Origin: Azolla caroliniana
Taxonomy: Eukaryota > Plantae > Polypodiophyta
Length of the DNA: 64,000 bases
Direction of reading: 5' to 3'
Assembly (NCBI GenBank): GCA_043228905.1
Contig: JBHGNT010000012.1
Span: 2,232,001 to 2,296,000 of the forward strand
Part shown: positions 35,958 through 49,300 of the stretch, piece by piece
Layout: every line of letters starts with the position of its first letter
Position numbering within the stretch: the stretch's first letter is position 1
The notes under the pieces: model-generated
Seen by the model: the letters and a program-made list of their open reading frames with translations, nothing else
Database searches by the model: none
What the model was told of the DNA's origin: nothing
Translations under genes and position numbers: made by a program

Positions 35958-38900
35958 TTTGGATGTTGAAAACTTGAAGTAATTATTTTCAAGTGCGTGA
36001 TTTTTTATTTATACAACCAACTTTACATGAATATACATGCTCTAATGGGGACCCAACCTCCAAAGATAAAGAAAATTAAAATTCGAAGATTTGTTTTCTG
36101 CCAACATGAATCCAAGACATGACATGAGCTTTTCCTCATAGAAGGTGGGAACTAGTGCACAATGTGAATGAGTAAGCCATCCATAGATGAAATAATCTTT
36201 GCTCGACTACACTCTTATAAATGAATTATTCCCTTTGTTGATGGTGGTCATGAATATAGCCTATAGGTATCGACACAATGTACATTGTGCGCATGTTCTC
36301 AAAACATAACAATTTGTTTAACATAGAATATTTCAATTCGCATATGCTTTTGGGCGTCCGTGCACAACATGCAAACATAGGCAACTGTAGCATACATGAA
36401 TGAATGTGCACATGTTTTGGTGTACACATGGATTGATGTATTTTTGCACTTGTCGTGTAAAACGGTACATGCATGCTTTTGTGGTTCACCATTTCTTCGT
36501 TTTCTTTTAAAGAAAGAAGGAAATTTCAACCACCTCACATAATGCTCGAATATAAAGGAATTTTGATGAACGGTGAAAATGATTTTGCTACAAATAGACA
36601 CAATACTATGAAACCTTCATTTCCATAACAACATTCTATGCTAGGATACATCATACAATAATGTTTTCATGGAACTTTTGGCATCTAATTATTTTGGAGT
36701 AGTAGGCCTTTGGCTTACTTGTTCATTGGTACATGTCAAGCTCTAGACAAATTCCAAAGAACTTTAGAGACATAACTAGTGGGGCTAAACTTGATTGAGT
36801 ATAACTAGTTGAAACTTCAAGAACAAATGCATGGAAGCTATTGTAGTGCTTTTGCTAAAAATGATGATGATCTTGTTTCAAGTTTGACTCCTAATTGAAC
36901 GATCAAACTATTCCATTTTTTTTTGCACAATTAAGAAGAGACATACTTGACTGTGCATTAACGGGTATGTGGGCAAGCATTTTCTCATTCACATCCTCAT
37001 TATCGACAAAAAAATCCTTTCATAATCCATTGAAACTTATAAATTTATGTTGCATATTGATGGATATTTTCAACAACCTTAGACTGGTGGATGGTTTTGA
37101 ATCTTCATTGTAGGTAGCACCCTTCTAGCATATAGTCACATTATACATATTTGAATGTCATGATTGCATAAATAGTAACAAGCTAATTAGATATCATAAC
37201 ACCCATAAAAGTCAATATCATAATGGTAATGTTTTCTTCTTGTTGCATGAACACATTGAGATGTCAATAGATGAGTCTTACCATTATTTTTTTCCATCTA
37301 TTATGTTATGTTAAACAAATCTTCGATTCCGAAATAGAAAACTTGTTACGAGAGCGTATATGAAACATACAACTTAGATAACTACTTTGAAATATGTAAA
37401 CCTTGTAATCTCAGTCATGCATAGAGTTATGGATATTTGTGTGCAACAAATCCACACATAGACAACACAGGTTTGTTCCAATCAATGTAGATTTTAGTAA
37501 ACACATAAATATGATGTTATCTAAGTCTTGACATGGGTTAAGGTATGATTTATGGTCTGAAGTTCAATATAAGCTTACCTAAAAGTGTATAGCTTTGTTC
37601 AGAAATAGCATAACACAAAGAGCTTTAAAGTGAAGAACTCAAATTCCGTACGTTGAATATGCTTTTCCTGATGCTATTAATATTACGACACCAAGATTAT
37701 ACATGGAGAAAAGCACATGTAGATATAAGAAGAGTACATGAGGATAGTCTTTATATCAATTCGATCACATTTATGTAAATGGGAAGCCTTCTTTCTTTTT
37801 CCAAAATTGTACAACCCTCTTTAAATGAGATGTAGATGAACCTTTCAAAAAGCCGTTCATGAGTATATGCCATTTAGATATCTAACTAATTGTAAAATGT
37901 CTTCTTATAAATGTTTCTATTAGAAAAACATCTGAAACATTCTACCATATATATTTGTTGTAACCAATAAAAAGATTTATGTTGATACATGGTGGGAGCA
38001 CTTGAATACACATTACATAATGAGTAATTACCATTTAACTAGAAACTACTAGATTTCTTAAAGTTTATTAGATCGACAAGTTCTAGTTGCAATGATGCCC
38101 ATCTATTCATCTATTTATTCGAATGAGCATATGAAAAATAAAATTCTCCAATGATGCATGTATATTCATTTACTTATTCGAATTTTCATATAAACAAAAT
38201 GATATATGATTTTCTATGCTTATATTCTCTCTCTCTCTCTCTCAATATGTGTGTGTTTAACGCGTTTGCATATAAACATTTGTGGTAAGTTTGTGATTGG
38301 GTTCAAGTCTCCCTCAATGACTTCAATATTGAGAAACTCTTCATGACTCTAGTTTTGGGTAATGAACCCTAACACTTTGCTCCTAAAAAAAGGCTTTGGA
38401 AAATCGACACATTTTCCCACGGTATATGGAGTGAAAATGATAATGTTGGCCTTTATTGTAAAAGGGAGTGATTATAAAATGATTTGGTGTCAAGATCGTC
38501 CACTAACTAATGAACGATTTCTATATCAAACTATATCCGAAGAAAATCAAATAGCAAAAGGGTGCCCCACCCCCGAAAAGAAGAAAAAAATAGTGTGTGG
38601 ATATAGAGGAAAATTTAAGAAACACGAGCTTGAAAATCAATAACCCCAAATTTGTTCAATCTATCTAAGAAGTTATATTCCTTCCTTCTAGTGTCATCAA
38701 ATTTCAATGGAAAATTGTTTTTTTTGCTCTTGTTGTGGGTTATTCAACATTAATGATTGTGTTTGATACAAATGACATTAGAAATATCTTTGTTATTTGA
38801 GAGGAAAGGATGTATTCAAGAATATAATGATTAACCATGTGTTTCAGAATGCATGTGTGCAAGCAAAAACATGTGATATATTCAATCATATGATGACAAA

Positions 38901-41769
38901 TGCCAACATGGGTACAAAACATTGATGTGTTTCAGAAGTCTCGATTGTAATGGCTCGATGTTCAATGCAAATAATAAAGGATGGACATGGGAACTTGTAG
39001 AGACGGTGGATCTTGTGCATGCAAAGGGTGTGTGGACCAAGTAAAGGGTCATTTTGGGCCGTTCTTAGGTGGTATATAGATTAAGGATAATTTTGGACCA
39101 TAGTAAGAGAACGTGGAAGGTGTTTTTTACATATTGATTGGCGATGTTGGCCTAGGAAATGAAGCAAGAGAGGATTCTCAAGAGCTAAATTAACACTCAA
39201 ATGAGTTACCAACTTTGCGTTCTACATTGGAAATTTTTGACTTGTGTAGAGATCCAAATTTATGATTTGAATGAAACTATGCCAATTTCTCCGCTAATGA
39301 TTTACAATATGAATTTGGATTGACTTAAAATCATGTTAATATATCGAGAGTGTTAGTCAGATCACTGATGTTTTATTATAGTAATGAAATAATTCTACTA
39401 TAGTAATTACAAGTAAAGCATGGAATAAATTTAGGATATATTAGAGAAAATTATACTAAGATACAAAGTTTCAAAAAGTTAAAGAACAAATTTTACATGC
39501 CCAACCATTTTCTCCCCTCTTCCCTTGGCATAATGGCCCTTTTGTTGTTTTCTCACTTCCATACGCAAGCTTTTATAAATCCATTGGATATCAATAATCT
39601 TTTGCTCATCATGAACAATGGCTTCTCTTGCAAATAGAAAGCAAGTTTAGGGTCACCCTCTCAAGAGCACATTTTCCTTGTGTCACCCTCTCAAGAGAAA
39701 GCAAGTTTTCATTGTCTTGACCTCTTGAGAGAGTGCATACTCACACACATACATGGTAGACTCTATATATATGTCCTTACATGATTATTTATGGATGTTG
39801 GAAAAATAACTCCTTAGCATGTTTGTATGAAGTGTTTGATGTTGCTTGACCTGAGGTTCCACAATTTTAAAGTAAGTTGGACTTTGATGAAAGAGTGGCC
39901 CAAAACTTTCCTCCAAGTTTCTCTTCCTTATACAATATGATATGTTGATTTGACCCCAAAGATCAAATTTGGGCCCGCATGAGGACGATAAAAATATTAT
40001 GCTATATTACTTGTGTAGCACCAAGAAAAACATGCTATATCACCATGTGCATTTAGATGACCATTAGACATTATAAAGATAGATAGAAATATAAACATTG
40101 TGATTATGTAACTTTGTAAAGCTTATTTTTGTATAGCCTTAATGTCATCTATGTATAGAAGTCAAATGAATTTAATGTTCTATTAAATGTTGAAATCATT
40201 TGTATTTTGACTTAAGCACATTTCTTAACCAGTAACTAACACATTTCTTAGCGAAATTGTCTTTCTGCTTCATTATATTGTGGCATTGAGATCATTGAAC
40301 CACCAATTAACTAACATCGTCTCTCCTAAACATTTGGCTTTACAACCGTTTCCATAACCCTAGGGTTGAAAAAAAGAAGCTCTCTCTTTCAAAAGGTGAT
40401 GATAAGAAACATCATGTGCTAAAGCACAAAGTGCCAACATTGCCTTTGTGGCATTTTTTTTGTGGATAGGATAGTTGAAAGCATATTATATACAACATTT
40501 CTTATTGTATTTGAGATCTCTGTCAATTTTTAGTTTTTTCCCATATTGTTCATGATTTGATATTGCTTTTGTCTTTTTGTCGCACACAAGTGTTAATGGT
40601 ATGGTAGTTGACGTCAATAAAGTTAAATGCACAATCATCTTCATATAATAAGGTTATATCATGTATTGGACTATCACATGAATGGGATATAATATGTGTG
40701 ATGAGGTTTTTGATAAACCTAAAATGTTAAAATGAAGTGATTGTGATGCCAAATAGAAGATATGAAGGTGAAACAATTTTTTTGATGATTGGCCTACATA
40801 TTAGTAAGAAACTAAAGATTAACATGGAGGAATTAAAAGCAAACACGTGGATAATGGTAGATGAGGAGCAAATCCCCGTTTTTAAGGTGCCATGAAGTGC
40901 TATCATAACTTTCGGCTTAGAGCTCTACAGAAGCGCTATTATGGAGAAGGTGAGGATGGCGTCAAGTCCATGACTCGTCATTTGGTAATGCATGCGTAGA
41001 ACCTACTTATTACTGTTACTTTCGAAGGGGTATAAATCAAGAAAACAAGAAAGTAAGAGGAAGAAATTTCACTAAGAGAAATAATTGCATCAATACATTG
41101 GATTGTGCTTTGGGTAACCATAAAACTGATCTCCCCAAAAATCTCAATACATATCAATAGACATGTATGAATTGCAACATATTAATTAGCTTTGAAACTC
41201 CATGGAATGACTTCAAAAGCTATGGGAGTGATTACGTGCGTATGTTGAAATAGTTTCATGTGGACCAAAATGGTTTGAAATTTGATGACGAAGTTTGAAA
41301 GTCCACCATGTTGGTGTCCATCTTTAATGAATAATATAGTATATTGAATAGATAGTCTCCATTATAAGCAGTGGACCAAATTGTATATTTATTTGGATAA
41401 AGACAACAATTTTCACAATGTGATTTAATGTACAATATATCGTTGAATGTGGATAACTTCCTATATATCGGCACGTCTCTTCACTTCTCATCCCCTTCAT
41501 TTGAAAGTTGTTAGATGGCTTCCACTTTCACATCAATCAATTTTAAGCTATCCCAAAGGGACAAGCTTACATTTCAAACTTTTGTCCCAATAATTTATTT
41601 TTTCTAGGCTATCCTTTATTAGCATTGATGTAAAGTGTCTACTATCACCATTTGAAATTTTGGGTTGTGGGAATTAGCAAACTTATAAAACCATGTAACT
41701 TATCATGGATTAAAAAAAATAAAATACTACTTCCATTAGTGTTTTTTTAAAGTCAAGATTCACTGTGGT

Positions 41770-42410
41770 ATTAATGAAAAGATGCCCAAAGGCTACAAAG
41801 TATCCATACAATCTATTACAACCCTCCTACCCACATGAATGGACATGTCTAGTAGCGGAAACCCTCATGCATGGTCTTTTCAAGATAGGGGGCGGAAAAA
41901 GCCATCTTGGTGGAGCATATCTCCATTTTATTCTGTCCCCAAAATAGGCGAAGACCTCCATTAGTTAAGACAATGTACATAGGATAATATACAACTCAGA
42001 TCATACAAGCCAACTTGCATGGCTACAAAGAGACCAACATGTATTAAGGAACTAACAAAAAAAACAAAACAATAATCATCGCATCATCCAATGAGCACAA
42101 GATTACTCGACTGCATACCCTCAACGTGAGCCTCATACCACCCTAATTCAGCATAGACATCCTCCAATCTCTTCACGTGGCAGCACCACCTATATGTTTG
42201 GTACCCTCGGAGGGAACAACCACCATGGTGGCTGATAAATCCACTTTGCAGTACCATCCACCATTTGTAGCATCATAGAACCTCTCCATTTAAGTAGGAA
42301 GTGACCTCTAGCTTCTTCACTTGCGTCTGAGGCCCCATGAAGGCTTTCAAACTGTCCTTGTAATGTAGAGATAAGATTAAACCAGATCATCATTAGTCTA
42401 TACAAGAGAA
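41770..42410 (-). mobile_element. Stacked LINE 3'-end remnants
   Basis: Minus-strand YAPPRWLFPPP (near 41890-41920) and IWFNLISTLQGQF...QPPWWLFPPR (42190-42405); 41775-41930 resembles 56360-56520. Confidence 0.6.
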
Positions 42411-43021
42411 AAGTATTAGTGTGATGATCTCAAAGTAAAAATATGAATGTTTTTTATGACGAGCATAACATTATACCCGCTACTTTTTCTTTTTTTCTAG
42501 AATGAAGCTACTTCCCATTAGTTAGGAAGGATTATTACAAAGAGATTATACAAGGAGGCTTATACATAAATCGGTGAATCACCCTCCGACCAAGTTCAAG
42601 AAAATGAAACTATGTACATAACCTTTCGAACTGACTACTTAATGTAAGTAGATACCTATAGCTAAAAGCGGTGCCCTTCAATGTCGGCCAATATGAGCTG
42701 ACTCTTGCAGCCTACAACGAAGGGAGGGTGGCAGGTCGGGGCTAGTTGTTCCACCTCGGGCCACTTCCTCCTTGTGTCACTATAATAATCAAGATCATTA
42801 ATCCTTAAATAAAGACATAAGTGACACAATCATACTGAAAATACGGTTTACCACCCATCCGCCCCCGCCCTCGCCCCCGCACCAGAGTCGACAACACAGA
42901 CGAGGAATCCCGATCTGTCCCATACCAACCAGGATCTCCACGTCAGGACCTTGGTAGATGACTAGTTCACATCAAAGAGAGCTTCGTCAGAACCACTCCT
43001 AACTGATCATTTGAATCGCCA

Positions 43022-44220
43022 TGGTTATGGATGGGAAGGAAATAGGGCTCACACGCACAACACAAGGAAGGCTACACAAACAAGGCACGAGTATTCGAAC
43101 GTGTTTGTGAAAAGGAGAGGTGTTCGGGCTTGCCCATGCACCTCTCCTTTCACAAACACGTTCGAAATTGTGTCTCCTGTGTGTAAACCTTGCTTGTGTG
43201 TTCGTGTGTCTTGTAACAAGGGAGCGTTCGGGCTTTGCCCATGCACCTCTCTTTTCACAAAGGCATTCAAAACTTTGTCTCTCGTGTGTGTAAGTAAGCC
43301 TTTTCCTTGTGTGTTCGCATGTCTTGTAACAAGGGAGCGTTCGGGCTTGCCCATGCACCTCTCTTTTCACAAAGACATTCGAAACTCTGTCTCTCGTGGT
43401 TATGAACGGGAAGGAAATAGGGCTCACACGCACAACACAAGGAAGGCTACACAAACAAGGCACGAGTATTCGAACGTGTTTGTGAAAAGGAGAGGTGCAT
43501 GGGCAAGCCCGAATCAACCCCTAGTCACAAGACGAATGAATGCACGCGAGGAAGGCTTACACACGGACACACGAGGAAAAGGCTTACTTACACACACGAG
43601 AGATAGAGTTTCGAATGCCTTTCTGAAAAGAGAGGTGCATGGGCAACCCGGACACTCCCTTGTTACAAGACACGCAAACACACAAGGAAAAGGCTTACTT
43701 ACACACACGAGAGACAGAGTTTCGAATGCCTTTGTGAAAAGAGAGGTGCATGGACAGAAACCCGGACACTCCCTTGTTACAAGACACGCAAACACACAAG
43801 CAAGGTTTACACATGGGAGACACAATTTCAAACGCCTTTGTGAAAGGGGAGGTGCATGGGCAACCCCGAATGCACCCTTGCCACAAGTCGCACGAACACA
43901 CAAGCAAGATTTACACTAACACGCAAGACACGATTTCGAACGCCTTTGTGAAAGGAGAGGTGCATGGGCAAGCCCGAACACTCCCTTGCCACAAGTCGCA
44001 CGAACACACAAGCAAGATTTACAATAACAAGCAAGACACGATTTCGAACACCTTTGTGAAAGGAGAGGTGCATGGGCAAGCCCGAACACTCCCTTGCCAC
44101 AAGTCGCACGAACACACAAGCAAGATTTACACTAAAGACATGATTTCAAACGCCTTTGTGAAAGGAGAGGTGCATGGGCAAGCCCGAAACACTCCCTTGT
44201 CACAAGACACACAAAGAAAT
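43022..44220. repeat. About 105-bp tandem repeat array with an internal inverted block
   Basis: Unit TTTGTGAAAGGAGAGGTGCATGGGCAAGCCCGAACACTCCCTTG...; about 7 direct copies at 43480-44220; inverted copies at 43123-43396. Confidence 0.92.
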
Positions 44221-44252
44221 AAGCACAAATGACGATAACATATAAGACAAGT

Positions 44253-44758
44253 TGTCGTGAAGATTTTGGGCAATGGTGTGAAAATTGTGTGAAACAAACA
44301 AAATCAAGAAGGTGTAATGTGTACTCAAACATTTGCAAATATAAGACCAAAGCCTAGTAATATTTTGAGCATAGAAAGGGGTGCAAGCAAGGCTTGAACC
44401 TTGCACCTCCAAGATAGGAAACAAATTAACTTACCACTAAAGCCACTACTAAGTGCTTAAGAATTTGTATATTTTCTTTTTCATATTCAGTATTTTGTAG
44501 GAAGCAAACATATAGAAACCGTGGGCACAAAACCATGGTTTTAGCCCATGGTTTTATCCTGTGGTTTTAACCCATGGTTTCAGCCTGTGGGTTTAGCCCA
44601 TGGTTTTTGCATGGGAAGACCTATAAAAGCCTATAGTTGGGCTTGTGTAAGGAGGCAAGTGATGTAAGTAAAAAAAGAAACTTTTAATCAAAGATCGGAG
44701 TTATCGTAATGGTGATGTATCTTGTCTCATAAAACTAAAGTGAAGGGTTCTTTCTCTA

Positions 44759-44801
<43 letters not shown>

Positions 44802-44919
44802 ATCCATCTATCTATCTTCAATACTTTCTCGCTTATGCTGCTAAAAACATCAAATCCTTCCGTTCCAGGACCCCGGTGGTCCCGCTTCATTTCGCGAACA
44901 CGCGAGGATTTCCTCGACA
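44253..44919 (+). mobile_element. Solo LTR related to the Trp-primed Gypsy group
   Basis: Starts TGTCGTGAAG and ends CTCGACA, as do the LTRs at 16493-17286; U5 GGACC...GGTCCCGC motif is shared; TATAAAA near 44622 followed by (CT)n; flanks AAGT/ACGT form a 4-bp TSD with one mismatch. Confidence 0.7.
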
Positions 44920-45119
44920 ACGTAGGTGAAACCAAACATTAGTTTATTACAATATAATAGATTCTTTTATAAAATAAGAATCAATTTTACAACGGGTTTG
45001 ATATGAATATGAGAGATAGTTTATGAAGGAAGGGGGAAGAGAGGTGGAGGAAAGAAGAGAGTGGAATATAGAAGAAGGTGATTCTTTGTTGATGATGCCT
45101 CTCGATGATCCTTTTCTTT

Positions 45120-46055
45120 TGCTTGGGACCTATACGTTTTAAAACTTTATATGGTTCACAATATCGTGGGGCTAATTTTGCACACGGTCCTGTTCTCAAT
45201 GTTTTTGAATCCTTAGGAACCCGTAGAAAAACCTGTTGTCCTATGTGGAATTCCCTTGGTTTTCTATCATGATTTGCATAAAAGACATTTCTGTCTCGTG
45301 CGATCCTAAGGTTTTCTTCTACTAATTTACGTGCTTCAAGCATATTAGAGAGAAAATCCTTTGAACTATCCAAAGTATATGAATCGAACGAAACATCAAT
45401 AGGAGGACGTGGCGTATAACCATACATCAACATGAACGGACTGTATTTTGTTGATGTATGCTTAATGCTGTTGTAGACAAATTCCACCATAGGAAGGTAA
45501 GTCTCCCATAATGAGGGTTTTTGCGTTGTATATGCTCTCAACATATCCTCTAATATCTGATTCACTCTCTCAATCTGCCCATTTGATTGAGGATGATCAA
45601 AAGAACCGAGACTCAAGGTTGTTTGCAGTTTTTGCATAACTTTTAACCCAAAAGTACTTGTAAACTTGGAGTCTTGATCACTTACAATCTCCATCGGTAG
45701 ACCATATAAGCTATTTAAAAGATGTTTAATAAACTTAATAGCCAATTGCTTTGCGGCAATTGTGGATTTTGTTGGAATGAATCTTGCCATCTTGGTAAGC
45801 CAATCAACAACCACCCAAATGGCATTATTTCCCTTAGTGGAACAAGGTAATCCAACTATGAAATCCATGGATATACTTTGCTAGTTTTTAGTTGGAATAT
45901 TGAGAGGTTGCAATAAGCTAGCCTTTTTCTGTCACTCAACCTTAATGACCTGACATTGTGGACAACGTATAACATAGGACTCTACCTCAGGTTTCATTTT
46001 TGGCTAGAAAAACCTAGCTTTAATCAAAGCTAATGTTCTTTGCACACCTGAATAT
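45120..46055 (-). pseudogene. Degenerate Gypsy (chromovirus-type) integrase fragment
   Basis: Motifs CPQC, LLQPL.IP, SMDFIVGLP, IVSDQDSKF, HPQSNGQIERVN and KLAPRY; in-frame stops. Confidence 0.85.
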
Positions 46056-46334
46056 TGGTGGCAAGCGGTTTCTACGAAGCCCGTTTTCTCTTCGACTGGA
46101 TCGTCCCATCCGGTGACCTCCTGGACCCATTATTCTGCGCGGTCCGCCTCTTCCTTCTTCAGCCGAACTCCGGAGAAGCCTTCTAGCACTAGCGGTCAGA
46201 ATCCGGAGTCCTTCACCTTTCAGGACTCGTCACCCCCGACCCGAATTCCCGCCGACACTAAGTAGTTAACGACTTCAACGTGTCATGCCGCAGCCTCTTC
46301 CATCAACCTCTTCATTCCGTCGTGCCCCGTATTT

Positions 46335-49300
46335 TGTTGAAAAACAGTGCTCGGCCACAACCGAGGAATAGGATCAACTCACAGAAAAAACAGGAAATAC
46401 AAAGTGCACGAGGACAATAGAGAGAAAGGTACACTGGATATTTTATGTGGAAAACCCTAAATGGGAAAAACCACGGGAGTCCTCAAACTCCAACTATCAC
46501 TATGAACAGGGATGTACACTGGTGAAGCTACAAGGCAACAACCTTGAGCTCACTGTCTTCGCCACAGGCAGCGGTAATACACAGAGGCAACGACCTCTTC
46601 GTCTCTCTCTCTCTCTCTCTCTGACGCGGCTGCTCTCACTGCGCATAAAAATGAGCAACAACATTTAAACTGTTTGCCCTAAGTCATATTTATACACATA
46701 TGACTTTCGGGCTATTTACAAGTATAGCCTCAAGGGCTCTTGGCAAAACATATTCACAAATATGTCCCCGCATCCGGATCTCTCTCCGGGTACATTCGTC
46801 ATCCGGCTCCGTAACCGGGGTCTTCAGCATCCGGCTCCGTAGCCGGGGTATTCATCATCCGGCTCCGTAGCCGGGGTCTTCATCATCCGGCTCCGTAACC
46901 GCAACCGGGCTTGCCGTCATTCATCTCCGGACATCCCATCCGGAGGGACCGAAATCCCAACAAACTCCCCCTTCACTTCGGCATGGGATGTCTCTCCAAT
47001 CCGATCCTCTTCCGGCATGCTTCCAGCTTGTCGGGTGTGAGCACTTTGGTCAGCATATCTGAGCCGTTCTCGTCCGTGTGGATCTTCGTCAGCACGAACT
47101 CCTGGTCTTCTATCCTTTCCCGGATCCAGTGATATCTTCGCTGGATGTGCTTCGTCCGGGAGTGATAGGCCGCGTTCTTCGCAAGGTGGATGGCACTCTG
47201 ACTGTCGCAGTAGAGTCGGTACTCCTCCTGCCGGATACCGAGCTCTCTAATGAAGTCCTTCATCCATATCATTTCCTTGCCGGCTTCAACAGCCGCCATG
47301 TACTCCGCCTCCGTGGTTGACAACGCAACCGTCTTCTGCAGTCTCGACTGCCACGAAACAGCTCCCCCTGCATACGTCATCACATACCCTGATGTGGACC
47401 GGCTGGTATCTGCATCAGCCGACATATCCGAATCGGTGAAGCCGTCGAGTTCGGGCTTACCGGAGCCGAATCGGAGGCACACGTTTGCCGTGCCCTTCAG
47501 GTATCGGAGTATCCACTTGACCGCGTTCCAGTGCTCCTTGCCGGGATTGCTCATGTACCGGCTCACCACTCCGACTGCGTATCCTATGTCCGGTCGGGTA
47601 CACACCATCGCGTACATCAAGCTCCCGACGGCAGAGGCATATGGTACTTTCATCATGTCCTCCTTCTCAGCCTTTGTCTTGGGGCTTTGCTTGCTGGACA
47701 GTTTGCAGTTTGCCGGGAGTGTTGACCCGACCGGTCTTGCTTCCGACATGTTGAACCGGTGAAGCACCTTTGTCACGTACTTCTCTTGTGACAGCCACAA
47801 CTGCTTCTTCTTCCGGTCTCGGATGATGTGCATCCCTAGTATTTGCCTCGCCGGACCCAGGTCCTTCATTGAGAAGGTTCGGTGAAGTGCTTTCTTCAGC
47901 ATCCGTATCTTGCCCTGGTCCCGTCCGACGATCAACATGTTGTCCACGTACAGGAGGAGTATTAGAAAGTCTCCTCCTTCGAACTTCTTCACAAACACGC
48001 AGTGGTCGGACTGCGTTTTGAGGTACCCTTCGTCGGTCATGAAGGAGTCGAACTTCCGGTACCATTGCCGGGGAGCCTGCTTCAGTCCGTAAAGGCTCTT
48101 CTTCAACCGGCATACCAGGTGCTCCTTCCCTTTCTTCTCGAATCCTTCCGGTTGCTGCATGTAGATCTCTTCTTCGAGGTCACCGTGAAGGAATGCCGTC
48201 TTCACGTCCATCTGTTCTACCTCGAGGTCCATGCTTGCCGCTATGCTCAGCACCGTCCGGATGGAGGTCATCTTCACTACCGGGGCAAATATCTCGTCGA
48301 AGTCGACGCCCTTCTTCTGCTGGAACCCCTTCACCACGATCCTGGCTTTGTATCTCGGGGGGTTTCCGGCATCTCCCGGTTTCAGCTTGAACACCCACTT
48401 GTTTCGAAGTGCCCGCTTTCCTTTCGGCAACTCCACAAGTTCATATGTGTGGTTCTCATGCAGGGAATCCATCTCGTCCTGCATGGCACTCAACCACCTG
48501 CGGCTCTGGGTGTCATGCTTTGCTTCTTCAAAGCTCTCCGGCTCCCCCTCGTCGGTTAGCAACACGTGCTCTGGTTCCGGAAATCTCCGGGGGGGCCTTC
48601 TCTCTCTTAGAGGGTATCTCCGTTCCGGAGCTTCGGTAACCGGTTCTTCCGATTCTTCTTCATCCGAATCCATTTCGGGATCGGGGCCGGTTCCGGTATC
48701 ATTTTCATCTTCTTCGGCCGGTTCTGTTTCTTCACCGTCTTCGGCCGGATCCTCGAGTGCTAACCGGTCCCTTGCCGGTCGGGACTGCTCCTCGTAGAGT
48801 TGATCCTCACCGGTCGACTTGGAGCTCTTCATCTTCTTCTCCGACTCCCAGTCGGCGAGTGTCTTGTCCTCCATGAAGATGATGTCTCGACTCCTGAATA
48901 TCTTCTTGTCGACCGGGTCCCATACTCGGTAGCCGAACTCATCGTCGCCGTAACCGAGGAATATGCATGGCCGGGTCTTTGGATCTAGCTTTCCTCTCCG
49001 GTCCTTTGCCACATGCACGTATGCGAGACACCCGAACACCTTCAGATGCCGGTAGGACACTTCCTTACCGGTCCACACTCTCTGCGGCGTGTCTCCGTCC
49101 AAAGGTACTGAGGGTGATCTGTTTATCACGTATGTCGCCGTCGACATTGCCTCAGCCCAAAACCCCTTGGGTAATTTCGCATGCGCCAGCATACTCCGGA
49201 CCCTCTCCATTATGGTCCGGTTCATCCTCTCGGCCAGCCCGTTCAGTTCCGGCGTCTTCGGCACAGTAAACTCGAGCCGGATTCCCTTCGAGCGACAGTA

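Noticed and set aside
38281-38315. GTGGTAAG...GGGTTCAAGTCT, SINE-like boxes
   Set aside because: Spacing is far too short for an A/B-box pair, and no tail or TSD was seen.
36000-41700. Possible decayed DNA-transposon coding remnants and short ORFs (also 30100-31600)
   Set aside because: No motif could be recognised confidently by eye; a translated HMM search is needed.
42999-44232. ORFs of 130-302 aa with repeated peptides; CRISPR-like appearance
   Set aside because: These are products of the ~105-bp tandem array. The units are contiguous without unique spacers, and the context is eukaryotic with no cas genes.
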